39,545 bases of DNA from Sphaeroforma arctica JP610 (Eukaryota), in NCBI RefSeq assembly GCF_001186125.1, contig NW_014039728.1, positions 1-39,545 of the forward strand, given 5' to 3'. The notes beneath the pieces are model-generated. The model saw only the letters and a list, made by a program, of their open reading frames with translations. It ran no database searches and was not told the origin of the DNA. Shown here one piece after another: positions 11,731 through 24,067 of the stretch (position 1 is the first letter of the stretch; each line of letters opens with the position of its first letter). The translations under genes and the position numbers were made by a program.

Positions 11731-14028
11731 GATAGATCGAAACATATATATATGTGTGTGTGTGTGTATGTATGTATGTATTGTGTGTAGTATGGGGTGG
11801 TTTTTGTTTCTGATGCGCAATAGTCTCTATATTATTAATTAGTTCTTTTCGTGGCTACGTACACAGGTACATTCATGTACAATGTCTGTCAATTGATAAA
11901 GAAAAATATTGGCATACTTCAATTCGTTGATATATATACTTTACTGTTGTTATAGCTTAGTATTCGCATGTGTGTATGTTGTTTCCTTCGCTCTAAACGA
12001 TGATCATCTTGGTTGTGATCAAGCTTGGCGTATACAACTGACAGTTATATTCAATTCGTAAATACACCTATATTGTCTACTTACAAACGCTGCAGAATGT
12101 TATATGTAGATATCGGATCCGGCTTCTTATACTAGTCGACTCGACATTTGTATTTGTCAACTGAGCATATTTATAATACCTTTATTTACTGGTCAGCGTA
12201 CTTTAGGGTGAACTGAGTGTAGTGTTTTATTTGCTTGTGAGTAGAATTATCGATGTCATCACATATTCATATTGAACTTATGTATATCATTATTTGTATC
12301 TCTCACTATACACATTCCTAGTGGCATATGAAAGAAAGTGACTCTTAGATTTTTCACTCGCAACGCATATAACTGCTCACAATACTGTTTTGCGCTGCCT
12401 CTGGACTCTGTCTGGTCCGCATTAGCATCCTTCGAATTGAATATGCAAGTTTCACAATAGTTTCCAATGCGGGTCTTCTCCGTGTTATAGTATGTGTGTT
12501 TTATGACATCAATGCGGGGCAAATTTTACCTGGATCGTATGATGGCCGTGCTCAAATATCTGCTATGTCTTTTTTTTTTTCCAACAGAGCTACGCCGCAC
12601 ACTGTATTCATTGTTTTCTCAGCATGGCCCAATTTTAGACGTTGTCGCTCTGAAGACGAAAAAGCTTCGTGGACAAGCGTGGGTTGTATTTAGAGATACT
12701 GCAAGTGCTATACGGGCAGTCTCGCAGCTCAACGGGTTTACCTTATATGACCGACAGATCGTAAGTTCGGTGTAGTCTGCACAGCTTCTCTAGGAAGTTG
12801 TCCGTTGTCCCGATAACTTATTTCATCGCGAAATTGAATCGTATTGCTACGCATTCTTTATTCTCTTATCAGATCTTCTAGGAAATTGCACAGAATACTT
12901 ATTTGTCGCGAAATTGAATCGTATCGTTGCTACGTGTATTTTATTCTCCGACGTCGTATTATTCGTGCATCTGGTGAGAAGGTCTTGGTTTTTATTAAAT
13001 AATATAGGTGTATTGTCTGAAGTATGAGAAAATAACTCTAGTCGTTGGCATCGAGTGACACAAGCAGCAACATATGGCAGTCAGCTATCGTGTATGCTGG
13101 TGATACTATATACCTCATCATCTGTTTTATCTCGTGCTGACTTTGTTCTCTTGATGTCATTTCTCCCTCTATAAAGCGGCTCAACTACTCAAGGAATAAA
13201 TCCAATGCCGTCGCTATCATGGATGGCACTTTTGGGAAGAAGACTACAAAGAAAGCAGGTTACACGAGTATAGGTAAATGTTAAACATAAGCTCGACGCG
13301 AAAGCAATGATTTACATCGTATTCCTGAGTCAGTCAGCGTGTTTAATAGAACGTACAGGTTCCGCAATGGGCCGGTGCTGGACAGAATTTGATATTAACT
13401 GTTTGTACGTTGAATTTTGGTTTATATGTATGTATATATGTGTGTGTATATATATGTCTTTATATGTCTATATATATATATATATATAATGTACTTATTT
13501 TCTCATCACCATCACCTTGATTCCCTTCCAAATTTATTTTTCAAATTTATGAAGTCAAAAGCGATAAAAATTTAGCGGACAAAGAGAAGGCACAAGCCAA
13601 GCCGAAGAATCCCGCATCAGGTAAATCGAGCATCCTTAAGGCGATGATAACATAGTTACTTTCGATGCTGCACGTTTTTACGAGACTAGCTCTCACACCA
13701 CTAACGGACTCGTGTTGTTCATTTAATCTGTTCATCAGGAAACCCGACATCCACGTCCACGCCAGCCATCGATGTAGATGAGAACCCACCGTACAGAATT
13801 CTGCTCGTCCTAAATTTGCCAGAGGAAACAACAGATGAAATGTTGAGGTATTTATTTGGTCAATTCCCTGGATTGAAGGATGTGCGAATGATTCCAAATC
13901 GGACTGACGTGTCTTTCGTTGAGTTCGAAGATGATGTAATGGCTGCTGCCGCAAAGACGGGGCTACAAGGATTTTTAATTAAGCCGGATCATCCTGGACT
14001 TGTTCTGACATTTGCAAAACAAGCATAA
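9953..14028 (+). CDS. SNRPB2: U2 snRNP B''/U1A (SNF)-family two-RRM protein; exons 9953-10013, 12588-12760, 13177-13258, 13555-13620, 13739-14028 (start could be 9932)
   Basis: RRM1 [52 protein letters not shown], where VALKT is the U2B''/SNF-type signature. RRM2 [47 protein letters not shown]...LTFAKQ. Frame-preserving GT..AG junctions. Confidence 0.88.
10020..11790. repeat. Microsatellite field (TA/TG/TATG) in intron 1 of the snRNP gene, including a 41-bp unit x3 (GTGTGTGTGAATGGATGGGTGGGTGGGTAGATGTGCCTATT, ~10358-10480) and an N gap
   Basis: Read directly. All ORFs here are low-complexity. Confidence 0.95.
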
Positions 14029-14979
14029 AAAAAAATCTCAGTCCATAATAGTACAATGTGCCGTAATTAAGCCAGATCATCCTGGACTTGTTCTGACATG
14101 TGCAAAACAGTCATAAAAGGTATTTTGTCTATAATAGTACTATTTGCCGTGATATTAATAGCTATCTACACGCAGCGCAATACTTTGTGATGGAAATCGG
14201 GTCAATATGTCTGAAAGATCGCCGCTTTGCATCGTACTGAGCTGGTTGTCTACGCCTATTACGAATTCACATATAAGAGTGCCTGCTGCATCAATTTACA
14301 AACTATCTAAGAATCACTATCAACTAGTGGCGCTACGCAGCAAAGCGTTATTGTTTCTTCAATTTTCCTTCGATCAGCGTTCGCTTCCAAGTACAATGTG
14401 ATTGACAGATGATGTTAGGCCGGATTTTACTCAGTTTGTTGGATTGACATATTACCAAAGCCAACGCTTCAAATGACATGCTCGCTTTTTTCGTAATCCT
14501 CGTTTATACAGGTGTTGCCACATTAGCCACCAGCTAGCTTGTATTACTGTTTTCGACATCGTCTTCAAACTTTCCCTGTGACAAATTAAACACATCGTAA
14601 AATGGTGCAAATGTTGCCACAAGAACTGTAAAACTAATTTGGCATCGGTTTGAAATTTCGTTCTCATTAGTCAACTGGTATTAAATGTTTGGGATGTCTG
14701 ATTATAAAATTTACACCCCTTTTTAGAAGCCGAATATACCCGGACCCTCATCACAACGCGTACGTGTACCTTACGGGAATAATTGACTATCAGTCATACA
14801 ATCCATACAATCCCAAGCCGAACTATTAGAGCAACGGTGAGCATGGATACAAGCTAATTTGGTCTATGCCCTCTAAATTAGTTCACTCCAAGCTCTTTTT
14901 TTCTTTCAATTATTAGGCAACTAGTTCTACGCCAGAAATATAGCGGCCGATGTAGTGAGACTTCTCATATCCAATACTT

Positions 14980-16560
14980 TGTCATCTAAACTGGTTGGAT
15001 TTGTTCGATAGCGATTGATGTATAAGCATTCCCCTCATGGTCTTTCAGACAATATAGTGATTGATATGGACGTCGCTGACTATCTACGCACGTGTCCACA
15101 AGGCCGGTACCCTTTTATGTGACCTACGAAGCAGAGATTTATCCACACTATTTTGATTGGCTGTAGTAGATGCCGTCACATATAACTGCCTACTATCTGG
15201 CTTTTTGCTTTAATATTCGTAGTGAATAAAAATCAAGTGTAGCGGAGCTTCCTATTTATTGCCAGTGATTTACATTTTAATTCTCTCGTGTTTTACTGTG
15301 TTAGTAATTTTTCAAGGACTGGAACTCCATCACAGACCTGTTATTGCCTCAAACTTCCATCGGTTTAAGCCGATAGTCCCTCTAAGAAGTTTATGTAGTT
15401 CCATAATCGATCTAGCTAATTCATGAGACTTAATTCGCTCTCATAAATGCACAATCTTTAATAGGAAGGTAGTATGAATAGCTGAGCAACGTCTACGCTT
15501 CTCGCTAAGTTTGAAGTAAATATAAAGCAGTTTTGGCTAGACTACTCCTCTTTGACATTAAACTTGGCAAGAGTCATATCTCGTGCCCTTTTCTAGTTGC
15601 CTTCACGTATTTGGCAATTGCCAGTTTGTTATTATCAGCGTTGAGTGGGGTGTATTTAAGCTCGGTCCAACACACCAACATATTTTATACTTCCAACTCA
15701 TTATGTGTGTACAAGTGTACCGCCATACATAACTGCGACTATTTGAATGTCGACTTCAGTAGTTGACAGTACCGTTGTGTAAAAGTCGTACGCAACGCAA
15801 AATACAATGTGATCAATTCAATAGGGAATGTTCTATTTTCAAGCTTTTACCTGTTGTACAGTAGTCTACTATTGTATGTAATAAATATCGTCCTGTATGA
15901 ACTTTTACTGATGTTTCTATTATGGACATAAGCCCTATGGGCGTATATATCATGAGTTACTTTTGTAGGCCTAGGCACAAAAAAAATAGAAAATTTCATC
16001 GGCATTAAGATTTTTGAAAATTTACATAACAAACCATCTTCGTCGACAAGGCCTAATTACCACTTCAAGATGATGTGGGGAGTTTAAAACCTGCTGTATG
16101 TACTTTCAATTCAAATGAAAACCTTCTTGATAGCATCTGACCGCCTAAAACAAAAACTTAAAGTGTCCGTCATCATTTATAAACTGCATTCAAAAATCTC
16201 ATTTGTGTTTAGATTTAGAAGCGATAGAGAGTAAATAGCGCTTAAATTGTTCCCAGTATAATTTTGCCATCCCATGGAATTGATACATGGAGATTCTTAA
16301 ATAGAGCTGTAGAATTGTAGTGAATTCAGATATCGCCAGCGAACCCTCGGATATTAACGCCTAGAGTATCTAAAACAACATAAATGATTATATATCACCT
16401 CGGATTGAAACTGGTTGCTCAGTGAGATGTAGTGTTTCACACAAGAAGTGGGTTTATCTATGGGTTAAACGAGATACTGGTAAGTATGTAAAATATAGGG
16501 GCTGAACCTGGTGAAGAAGCTGTGAACCCAATATTGGGAGTATTTGTTGTGGGTTTTTTT
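14980..16560 (-). pseudogene. Possible highly decayed Ty3/Gypsy pol remnant
   Basis: Scattered minus-strand fragments in the expected pol order: FFTRFSP (RT thumb-like, ~16500), WEQFKRYLL (RNase H-like, ~16240), HDIYAH (integrase Zn finger-like, ~15945), YQSLYCLKDHEG (integrase C-terminal-like, ~15050). Many frameshifts; weak. Confidence 0.3.
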
Positions 16561-17479
16561 TGCTGTGTGTATGATGTCTTCAGGGTTTTAATGACGAGTG
16601 CTTATTGCGCTCAATATGTGTTGACGAGTTTCCATCGAGTACCAGGCTTGACCGTAACATTGCAAAGGGCTTAAAATAAAAAATTGTTCATCGTCAGTAA
16701 AAGCAACACTGTCTCAGCGTACGCCTCAATTTATCTCAATTTATCTCCTTCAAGTATCTAGCGATGAGGCGAGTGCCTATTACGCACCTTACGTGTTGAT
16801 GCATTTTCATCGGAAAATAGTCTTGACCGGAAGCATGGCAAAAAGCTTCAGATAAATTAGTTGTTCATCGTCTGTAATTCTGATTCAGCAAATGCCATAA
16901 TTTGTCGCAATTTATATATTCCTCTTATGAGATACTATTGAAAAATACCAACCTTCCTGAGTATTTAACGTTTAGAAACTAGAGCAGCACAAACAGTGCA
17001 TATTGAATTAATTGATCGAGTAGTTCACATGCTACTTGATTGAGTCGCTATATGTAATCGACAGCCACTTGGGGTAGTGGAAGCGGTGAGTGGTCGCAAA
17101 GCAAGTCTCTAAGATGATTATACAAGGTATAGTATACTTTTATTGTAGTTGCATGTAGAGAACACATCTACGGGACCTTTCTCGGGCCTATATTGATGCA
17201 TTTATGTCCCTCCACCCCAAGCCCCGCAAAACTCCCAAAACCCCACAAACACACCCTCAGACAAGTGTCTCATATAAAAATCGATCTTCAATGCAGCAGT
17301 GGTGTCGATCGATTTACTAAAGAGAAGCAACGCTTTCGATCGAAAATCTCTATTCAAGCTGATAAGTTAATTTTATTACTCCGGCTCAGTGAGTGGGGCC
17401 AGTATCATAAACACATGGTACGCGGTAACAGAAGCAAAGCGCATTGTCCAAAACAGGCAAATGTATGAGAAAAGTTAAA

Positions 17480-18300
17480 TTATGGGTGCGTGGAATATAC
17501 ACGTTCTCAATTTTGGGATAAGAACCCTTCATTCTAGCTTCCGCTATCACATCCTGCCACGATTTGTATATGGGTAGGAGTACCAGGCTTTCAGAGGTGG
17601 ATCGAATATAATGTTCAGTAGTTGTTCGCTTGAGCAATGCCACGATATCACAACCTTGAAGTGATTGGTAATAATGAATTTCGAAAGGGCTGTTCAGTCC
17701 AGCGTGGATCCTCTCGTTTCTTGAGTATCAATTAACCTATTGCTACCCGATGTATTCGAGATTGTCAACGAAATTGTGACAACTTAATTGACATTGCGAT
17801 GTTGTCTGACTCAGTAAAAGCGCACCCCGACAGGATGAGTGTGAGTGCCATGTAGTTTACAACGGAACCTATACGGTTGGAGGCGAGGCATCGTCAAACT
17901 TTTCCTTATTTTGCCCTTGTCTGATTCAGTAGATATATGCTTTCACATGGTCAGAAAAGTGATTTGTAGTCTACAACAAAACCTTTATCTGGAAATGATA
18001 TACCGCCAAACTCTCACTATACATAGCCGCGACCGAAAAACATGTTCAATGGCGGGTTCTGCGGCATGCATTTGATATATTTTGAGAATGTACATATGTT
18101 ATCGAATGCGATAATTCGAAAACGGGTCTACGGTTTATTCGCAGAGGTTATACTTCATGTCATTTGATTGTGTAGCTCGATGGCCGGTCCGCGAAGATCA
18201 TTTGGTACATTTGATGAATATACATACGTTAACGAATTTCGAAGTTTGTGAGCTAGGTCTGCGGTGAGTATAAGGGACATATTTAGATCATTTCTAACTA
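17480..18300 (-). pseudogene. Possible decayed Gypsy RNase H followed by a Dam-like methyltransferase relic
   Basis: RIIAF...SK, VWRYII/FVVDYKSL (RNase H-like), then RLQPYRFRCKLHGTHT, HAGLNSPF and SLVLLPIYKSW. Several frameshifts are needed. Confidence 0.35.
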
Positions 18301-19089
18301 AAATCGCCATACAGAACTTTACGTATGGAGGCTATGCAATTATTTATTACTCTATTTTTGAGATGAATCCTTCTAAGTTTTTTCCGAAATGGAAAACTAT
18401 AAGGGACAAGATAAAGGCATATCAAAGCTACATACTGTTATTGAGCCATCTGCATGTTAAACTTTACTGAGCACGAAAACTCTCACAAGAAGCCTGTCGC
18501 TGGTGAAAGCATACATTGAAATGTACCCAGAAAATCGTCGAAATCACGGATTGGCAATCAAATCAATATCATTGTCGAGAGTGATTATGACAAAGCTATA
18601 TTATAGAATTGAGCATTCCCAACGAATTAGTTTATCGGCTGCAAGGTCTGAACTGCATAAAAGTGGCGGTTCAATACTAAAACCCAAACGCTAACAATAG
18701 TTAATACACTGTGTATATTGAACCTGTAATGCCCATTATATGAACTTGTCAATTATTAAAATTACACCGATTGAGTATTTATTTAGTGAAACTAGTAAAT
18801 ATATAGTAAAGTAAAATTGAATAATATCTCTCATAATTAAATACTACTGCCCGAACTCAGCAATGAGAGAAAAAGCAGAGTAATTTAGGTTTTAGAGATA
18901 TCGTAAAAACTAGAGTAGAGTTCATAGTAGTATAAGTAGAAGAGTAGAACGAGTGGAAATAAGGTCTAGACCCTAAACTGGGTTTTCCGAAAGAGACAGA
19001 GATAAAAACCGTCACAGATGCCATAAACTAGGTTTGACGTATTCTTACGTGTTAGAGGAAGATGATGAAGATTGATCGCGCATCAACAT

Positions 19090-22000
19090 GTCACACGTGT
19101 CGGACGAGCTAGGCTTTTGGTAAGTACGTCGGCATGATTGTTCTGTGTGGATATGTAGTGTAAGTCAGTCATTCCTTGACGTACATAATCTCGGATGTAG
19201 TGATGTCTTATGTCGATGTGTTTTAAGTCCTGTGGGTGTGCCTGTACCGAGTGCGATTTTGATCACACTCTAGTTATCGATGTGTAGTTTGGTAGGGAGT
19301 GTGAGTGTGTACCCGAAAGTATGCATGATGTAACGGAGCCACGCGATAGCACGCGTAGTTTTGGAGCCTGCTATATATTCAGCCTTGCCAGAGCTGATAG
19401 AAACAGTCTTTTGTTTTTGTGACCTCCAATAAACTGGGGTGTGGTCAAAACATATGAGTGTGCCAGTGTGTGATTTGCGTATGATGGGGCACGATGCCCA
19501 GTCAGAATCATTGTAGGATAGAAGTGTAAAATCGATTGATTGAGAATGTGTCTGTGGTCTGTATGTGAGAGCGACTTCGATAGTGCCCGCAAGATATTGT
19601 AGAATGCGGAGTAGGGCTGTGTAGTGTTCCTTGAGTGGTTGGTTGCTGAATGTAGCCAGTTGGCTAAGGAAGCAGACGATATCTACGCGTGTCATGTTGG
19701 CAGCGTAGTTGACTGCACCAAGGAGGCTACGGTATTTGCCAGAGAAGGGAGGCCCAGTAAAAGTGTTAGGGTGCAGTGTGGTACCAGGTGTCGGTTTAAT
19801 GGGGAAGTCGCGTGCTTAAAAACATCGGGCATTCGTTTAATGTAAGCATCCTGAAGGAGGGAGATGGAACTGTCAGACCGATGAATGATGCGGAAGCCAA
19901 CTTCATGGCGGGCCAGGCCAAGATTGGTGAGGAGGTAGTGGTTAAGAATATCAAAAAGCCAGAGGACATCGGCGAGAGATCGGACAGCAGGAAGTATTTC
20001 GTCAACATATATAATTAAGGCGAAGCGACGAGAAGCGTGGATCCAAATACACTTATCCGCTGCAGACTGGGTAAAGACAGCAAGATTGAGCTTATCACCA
20101 ATGTCGTGATTCCAAATGCGGCCAGCTTGCTTCAGGCCATAGAGGCCTCGACGGAGCTTAAGGACGATATTAGGGTGGTAATTGCCAAGATCACATGACC
20201 CCTTTGAGGGTTGCATATACACCAGAGTGTCAAGTTTACCATATATGAAAGCAGACGTCACGTCGCAAGTGGTAAACCTGGAGGCTATGAAAGGCAGCGA
20301 TGGCGAAGAAGATACAGAAAGCGGCGGCGTGAGCGGCGGGTGCATAGGTTTCCGTATAACTGTCACCATGCTCCTGTTGGTCGCCCCTAGCGACCATCCA
20401 AGCTTTGTAGTGGGAGAGATTGCCGTGTTCGGCATGCTTCAAGGCAAAAACATACTTACTATGGATGATTTTGGTGGAGGGGGGTACGGACGTAATAGGG
20501 ACCACTTCAGCTATTTCATTTGTAGCATGATTCTGGTATCGATGGCAGCCTTCCAGGACGGCCAAGAAGAAGATTTACGGGCGGAGGCGATAGACTTGGC
20601 TACAGTAGGGTCGAAGAGTGTGGCAGCTTTGGTAAGCGTCATATCAGAGCGGTTACTGGGGGTGACATTCCGAACATACGGGGTAAAGTAACATGGGGTG
20701 GATGCATATAGCGTATGGCAGGCCTGGAGGAATCGAACACAAGCAAATGTAGAGTCAGGTTCGGGTGGATCGTGGATTGTGGTGGTGAGGGGGAAATAGT
20801 TCGTGGGATTGAGAACGTCCGGAAGCGAACTGGGAGGGGATGGAAGGGGACCAGGACATGAGGGTTGATTGTGGGTGTCCGAGGGATGAGGGGGGGGACA
20901 CAGGAGGTGGGGCAAATGGCAGCAAGGGTTGGGAGGGGGGTAGAGGCGACCTATAGGGTGGACCAGGGGTACCAGGAAGGTGGGTTGGCGGATATGAAGC
21001 GTAGCGTAAGGGGCTGGTTATAACACCACGGGAGGTAGGCAGAGTAGTTGGGGGTGAGGATACCGGAGTTGGTGGGGGGCGCGAAGAGTAGAGGGGCGTG
21101 GGTTGAGGGGAAGGGGAAGATGCGAGTGATACCAGGAGGGTGTCTATGGGAAGATATTCCCACAGTACCGAAGGGGGTGTTGAGAAGGGTATGGGAACAG
21201 GGAGGAGTTCCACAGGGAGTGTCTCTTGGAGTACAGGGGGAATAGGGGAGAAGGGGATAGCGGCCGGAACAGACTCGGAGGGGAAGTCGACCTGGTGGAA
21301 AGTAGGCGGGGACCGAATAGCTGTGGAATCAAGGGCAGGATGATGGGTCTCCTGTTTGATGTCGGGGGAAAGAGTCGCATGCTGGGTGGTGGAGGGGAGA
21401 AAGGGACTGAGGCAGGGACCGTTTCAATCGGCAAGTGTTCCTGCTTAATGAGATAAGGAGGAGGTGCGAACTCGGACGGTGATGCATGTGGTGTGTGGAA
21501 CACGGGATCCGGTGGTGGAGTGGAGGAAGTGGCAGGTGTTGACTGAGAAGAAAAGTGGGCGTCAGTAGGTTTCGGCTCAATATCGTTGAGAGGGGAAGAA
21601 GTACTGGGGCCAGGTGGGATAGAAGGGGAACCAGCAAAGGGGGTAGGGTCGGTTGCAGAGCAGTTGGCGGGTATATGATAACTAAACGGGTGGGTGGAGC
21701 GAGTAGCTGTCTTGCCATCTGGGGATCATTGTGAGTTTTTCTCGGGGTAGAACTGTAAGTCCTGGGTCTTCATCAACATCTGAATAGTCATATTTCGGAT
21801 GATATATCAGTGTGGGGTGGAGTTAGTGCTGAAGCCAAGAAGAACACCATGGCCGATGGCTGGGAGATACTTGGGATGTCGTTTCGCTGCAGGGCCATGG
21901 AGTTTGAAAGCAACGACGCAGCCGAAACGAGCTCTTGGGTTGCACTTGGGGTCAATCTGGAGGAATGTGTGGTATGGAGTTCGGAGTGTCTCATCCTGAG

Positions 22001-23090
22001 CAAGCTTAGTGTTGCGGATGTAGTCCGCGAAGGACTTAGCATAGCCCCAAAGTAAGAGGGGCATCCCAGTTTCCATAAGCAGGACAAGGACAAAGTTATT
22101 GAGCGAGTCGTGCGGGCGTTCAACTTTGGCGTTTTGTTTGAGGGGAGTAAGGAGGGTGTGCATGGAGTTCGATGCGGCGAGACGTGAGCATGGACTTGAC
22201 CTGTTGGCTATGGAATATAGGGTCATTGTCGGCGATGATCGTACTAACGACCCATCGAGAAGGGACGCGAGTGAGGAGATCGTCGACATTGTGATGCATA
22301 GAAGCTTGGTGTGGGAGAAGAGCGTTAAGACCGAAGCGTGATCCCGCATCGAACATATTGAATGCATATTCGTTGCCATCACGGTCAGGTTGTAAGGGGC
22401 CTTGAAGATCAATATTAAAACGTTCGCCAGGGCCATATGGTGTGTTTGTGCTGGTATGACTGATACTAGTAGCATGGATCTTGCCAGTAATACATGTGTT
22501 GCAGTGCTTAGGGAATTTTGTGTTGGCTTGAATGTAATCGATCGCAGTGCAAAAGTCAGCAGATGGGGATACGTGAGAATGTATCGGTCCGAGGATTGTG
22601 ACCAGGGTGTAGAGCCAGGTGGGCGCTATCCGACAGCAGTAGACTTATGCCGAAGAAATGTTGAAGTAGTATTCTGGATAATATATTGCTGAGTCTGCTT
22701 GTGTGCGAGAAATATGTCCCACCACGGTGCACAAGGACTTTTCGCTAGTCGAGAGCAATTCCAGAGCCGTCGGGGGCAACTTATCGGGGCAATTGGTGCG
22801 AGTGCTTGGATGCACATATCAATAGTGGGCGAGGAGTCAAGAGCACTCATAGAGGCAGCGAAAAGAGAAGGGTGGATCATCCAGTCTTCGTTACTGACGT
22901 GATGAGGAGGTGAAAACATGAGTGTAATGCTTTCTTGGCGAGCCATACGGATTGTGGTACATTTGCTACGGTGTCCTGAGGAACAGTGATATGCGTCATA
23001 CGTCATCATGTTATCGGGAGGTTCAGGGCGGTGGTCACCAAGTTTGATTGGTTGCTGGGGTGGGAACTGGCAGCCCGTGAAGTTTGCGTA
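19090..23090 (-). mobile_element. Ty1/Copia retrotransposon pol remnant (integrase - Pro-rich linker - RT - RNase H), frameshifted and 5'-truncated, with a methyltransferase-like insert in the integrase Zn finger
   Basis: Integrase: HCSSGH...CNTC, FNIDLQGP, FDAGSRF, IADND, PYSPQ/QNAKVER. RT: YKAWMVARGDQQ...YTETYAP, DVTSAFIYG, LYGLKQAGRIWN, IIYVDE. RNase H: YNDSDWAS...RKSHTG...WRSQKQKTV...AEYIA, KHIDIRHHYIRD, NHADVLTK. INT-RT-RH order is diagnostic of Copia. Confidence 0.93.
22580..22890 (-). pseudogene. Decayed Dam-like N6-adenine methyltransferase domain within the Copia integrase
   Basis: EDWMIHPSLF...SPTIDM, then after a frameshift ASKHSHQLPR*VAPDGSGIALD*RK; the NPPx segment is absent; then APWWDIF...TFLRHKSTAVG*RPPGSTPW/VTILGPI. 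Colinear with the Gypsy methyltransferase at 33855 and 27720. Confidence 0.7.
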
Positions 23091-23162
23091 TACACAGACT
23101 TACACGAATACACATATCGGCACGAACAAGTTGTAGATAGATAGTTACCAGATATACACAAA

Positions 23163-24036
23163 TGTAAAAATAGCGAGTTCTTAATAGTTGCACAGTTAAC
23201 GTATATTGTAAACGTATTAGCGTATTAGCGTTTATACTTATAATACTTGAATACGTTTAACGAATTGGACATGAACAAGAACTGAGAGTACTCAGTAGAG
23301 TATGGGACTCTACTGTGGACAATTAGGTGGCTTTCCAAATATAGATTGGTTTTTCCACTGAAATTAGAATTGTACGTAATATAGGAACGACACCAATCTG
23401 ACACCTGAAAATGACACTTTAGGAATCTCTAATTAATGGAAGTACCATGCGAGAGGGTCTCAGGCATGAAATGGTTGTTGGTACAAACCTATGGTATAAT
23501 TCGATAATGACCTCAGAGCAAGATAATCCACTGAGAAAAGGACAGGATCAGAGTTGTTAGAATTTAGGACAACATGGTTTTGATTCCTCCTAGCCAGCCA
23601 ACTAGATGTGCCCTCTATGCCTTAAATGGGATGGGGAGCTAGGTACCAAGTGATGGGGTTTAGGTGCAGATGTATACTGCACCAGCTTGGTGTTTTGATT
23701 TTATTTTTTATTTTCTTAAGTTGGACTTAGAGGTATTTTATTGGTTAGTTCGATTAGGTAATTGTTTCGAGGCGTGAAATGTAAACTATGCGTCCAATGA
23801 AATGATATCTAGTCTTAGTGACTAAAACATAAATAAATCTAGACCGAAGTATTGAGCGATTAGAGCGGAGCATATAGACAATAGTCTCAGTCTAAAATCT
23901 CCTAATCTTTTGCTCATTACCAAGGGCTGAAGCTAAACTGATTTAACATTTTGCATTTTAACGTATTAACGTATTGTCTTATTAACGTAAACGTCTTGGT
24001 ATCGTATAGTCAGCCTAGAGGTGACCGACTTTAACA
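23163..24036 (+). repeat. Gypsy-1 5' LTR (TGTAAAA...TTTAACA)
   Basis: Near-identical to 30095-30963 apart from a few block indels. TG...CA termini. Confidence 0.92.
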
Positions 24037-24067
24037 TATTTTTAAGTTTAAATACGCTATCGATATT

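Noticed and set aside
10020..11820. Many ORFs rich in Y/I/C/V/H/T (also 18-388 and 39277-39534)
   Set aside because: These are translations of dinucleotide microsatellites.
20700..21750. Pro-rich and Gly-rich ORFs on both strands
   Set aside because: Low-complexity linker between the Copia integrase and RT, plus its antisense shadows.
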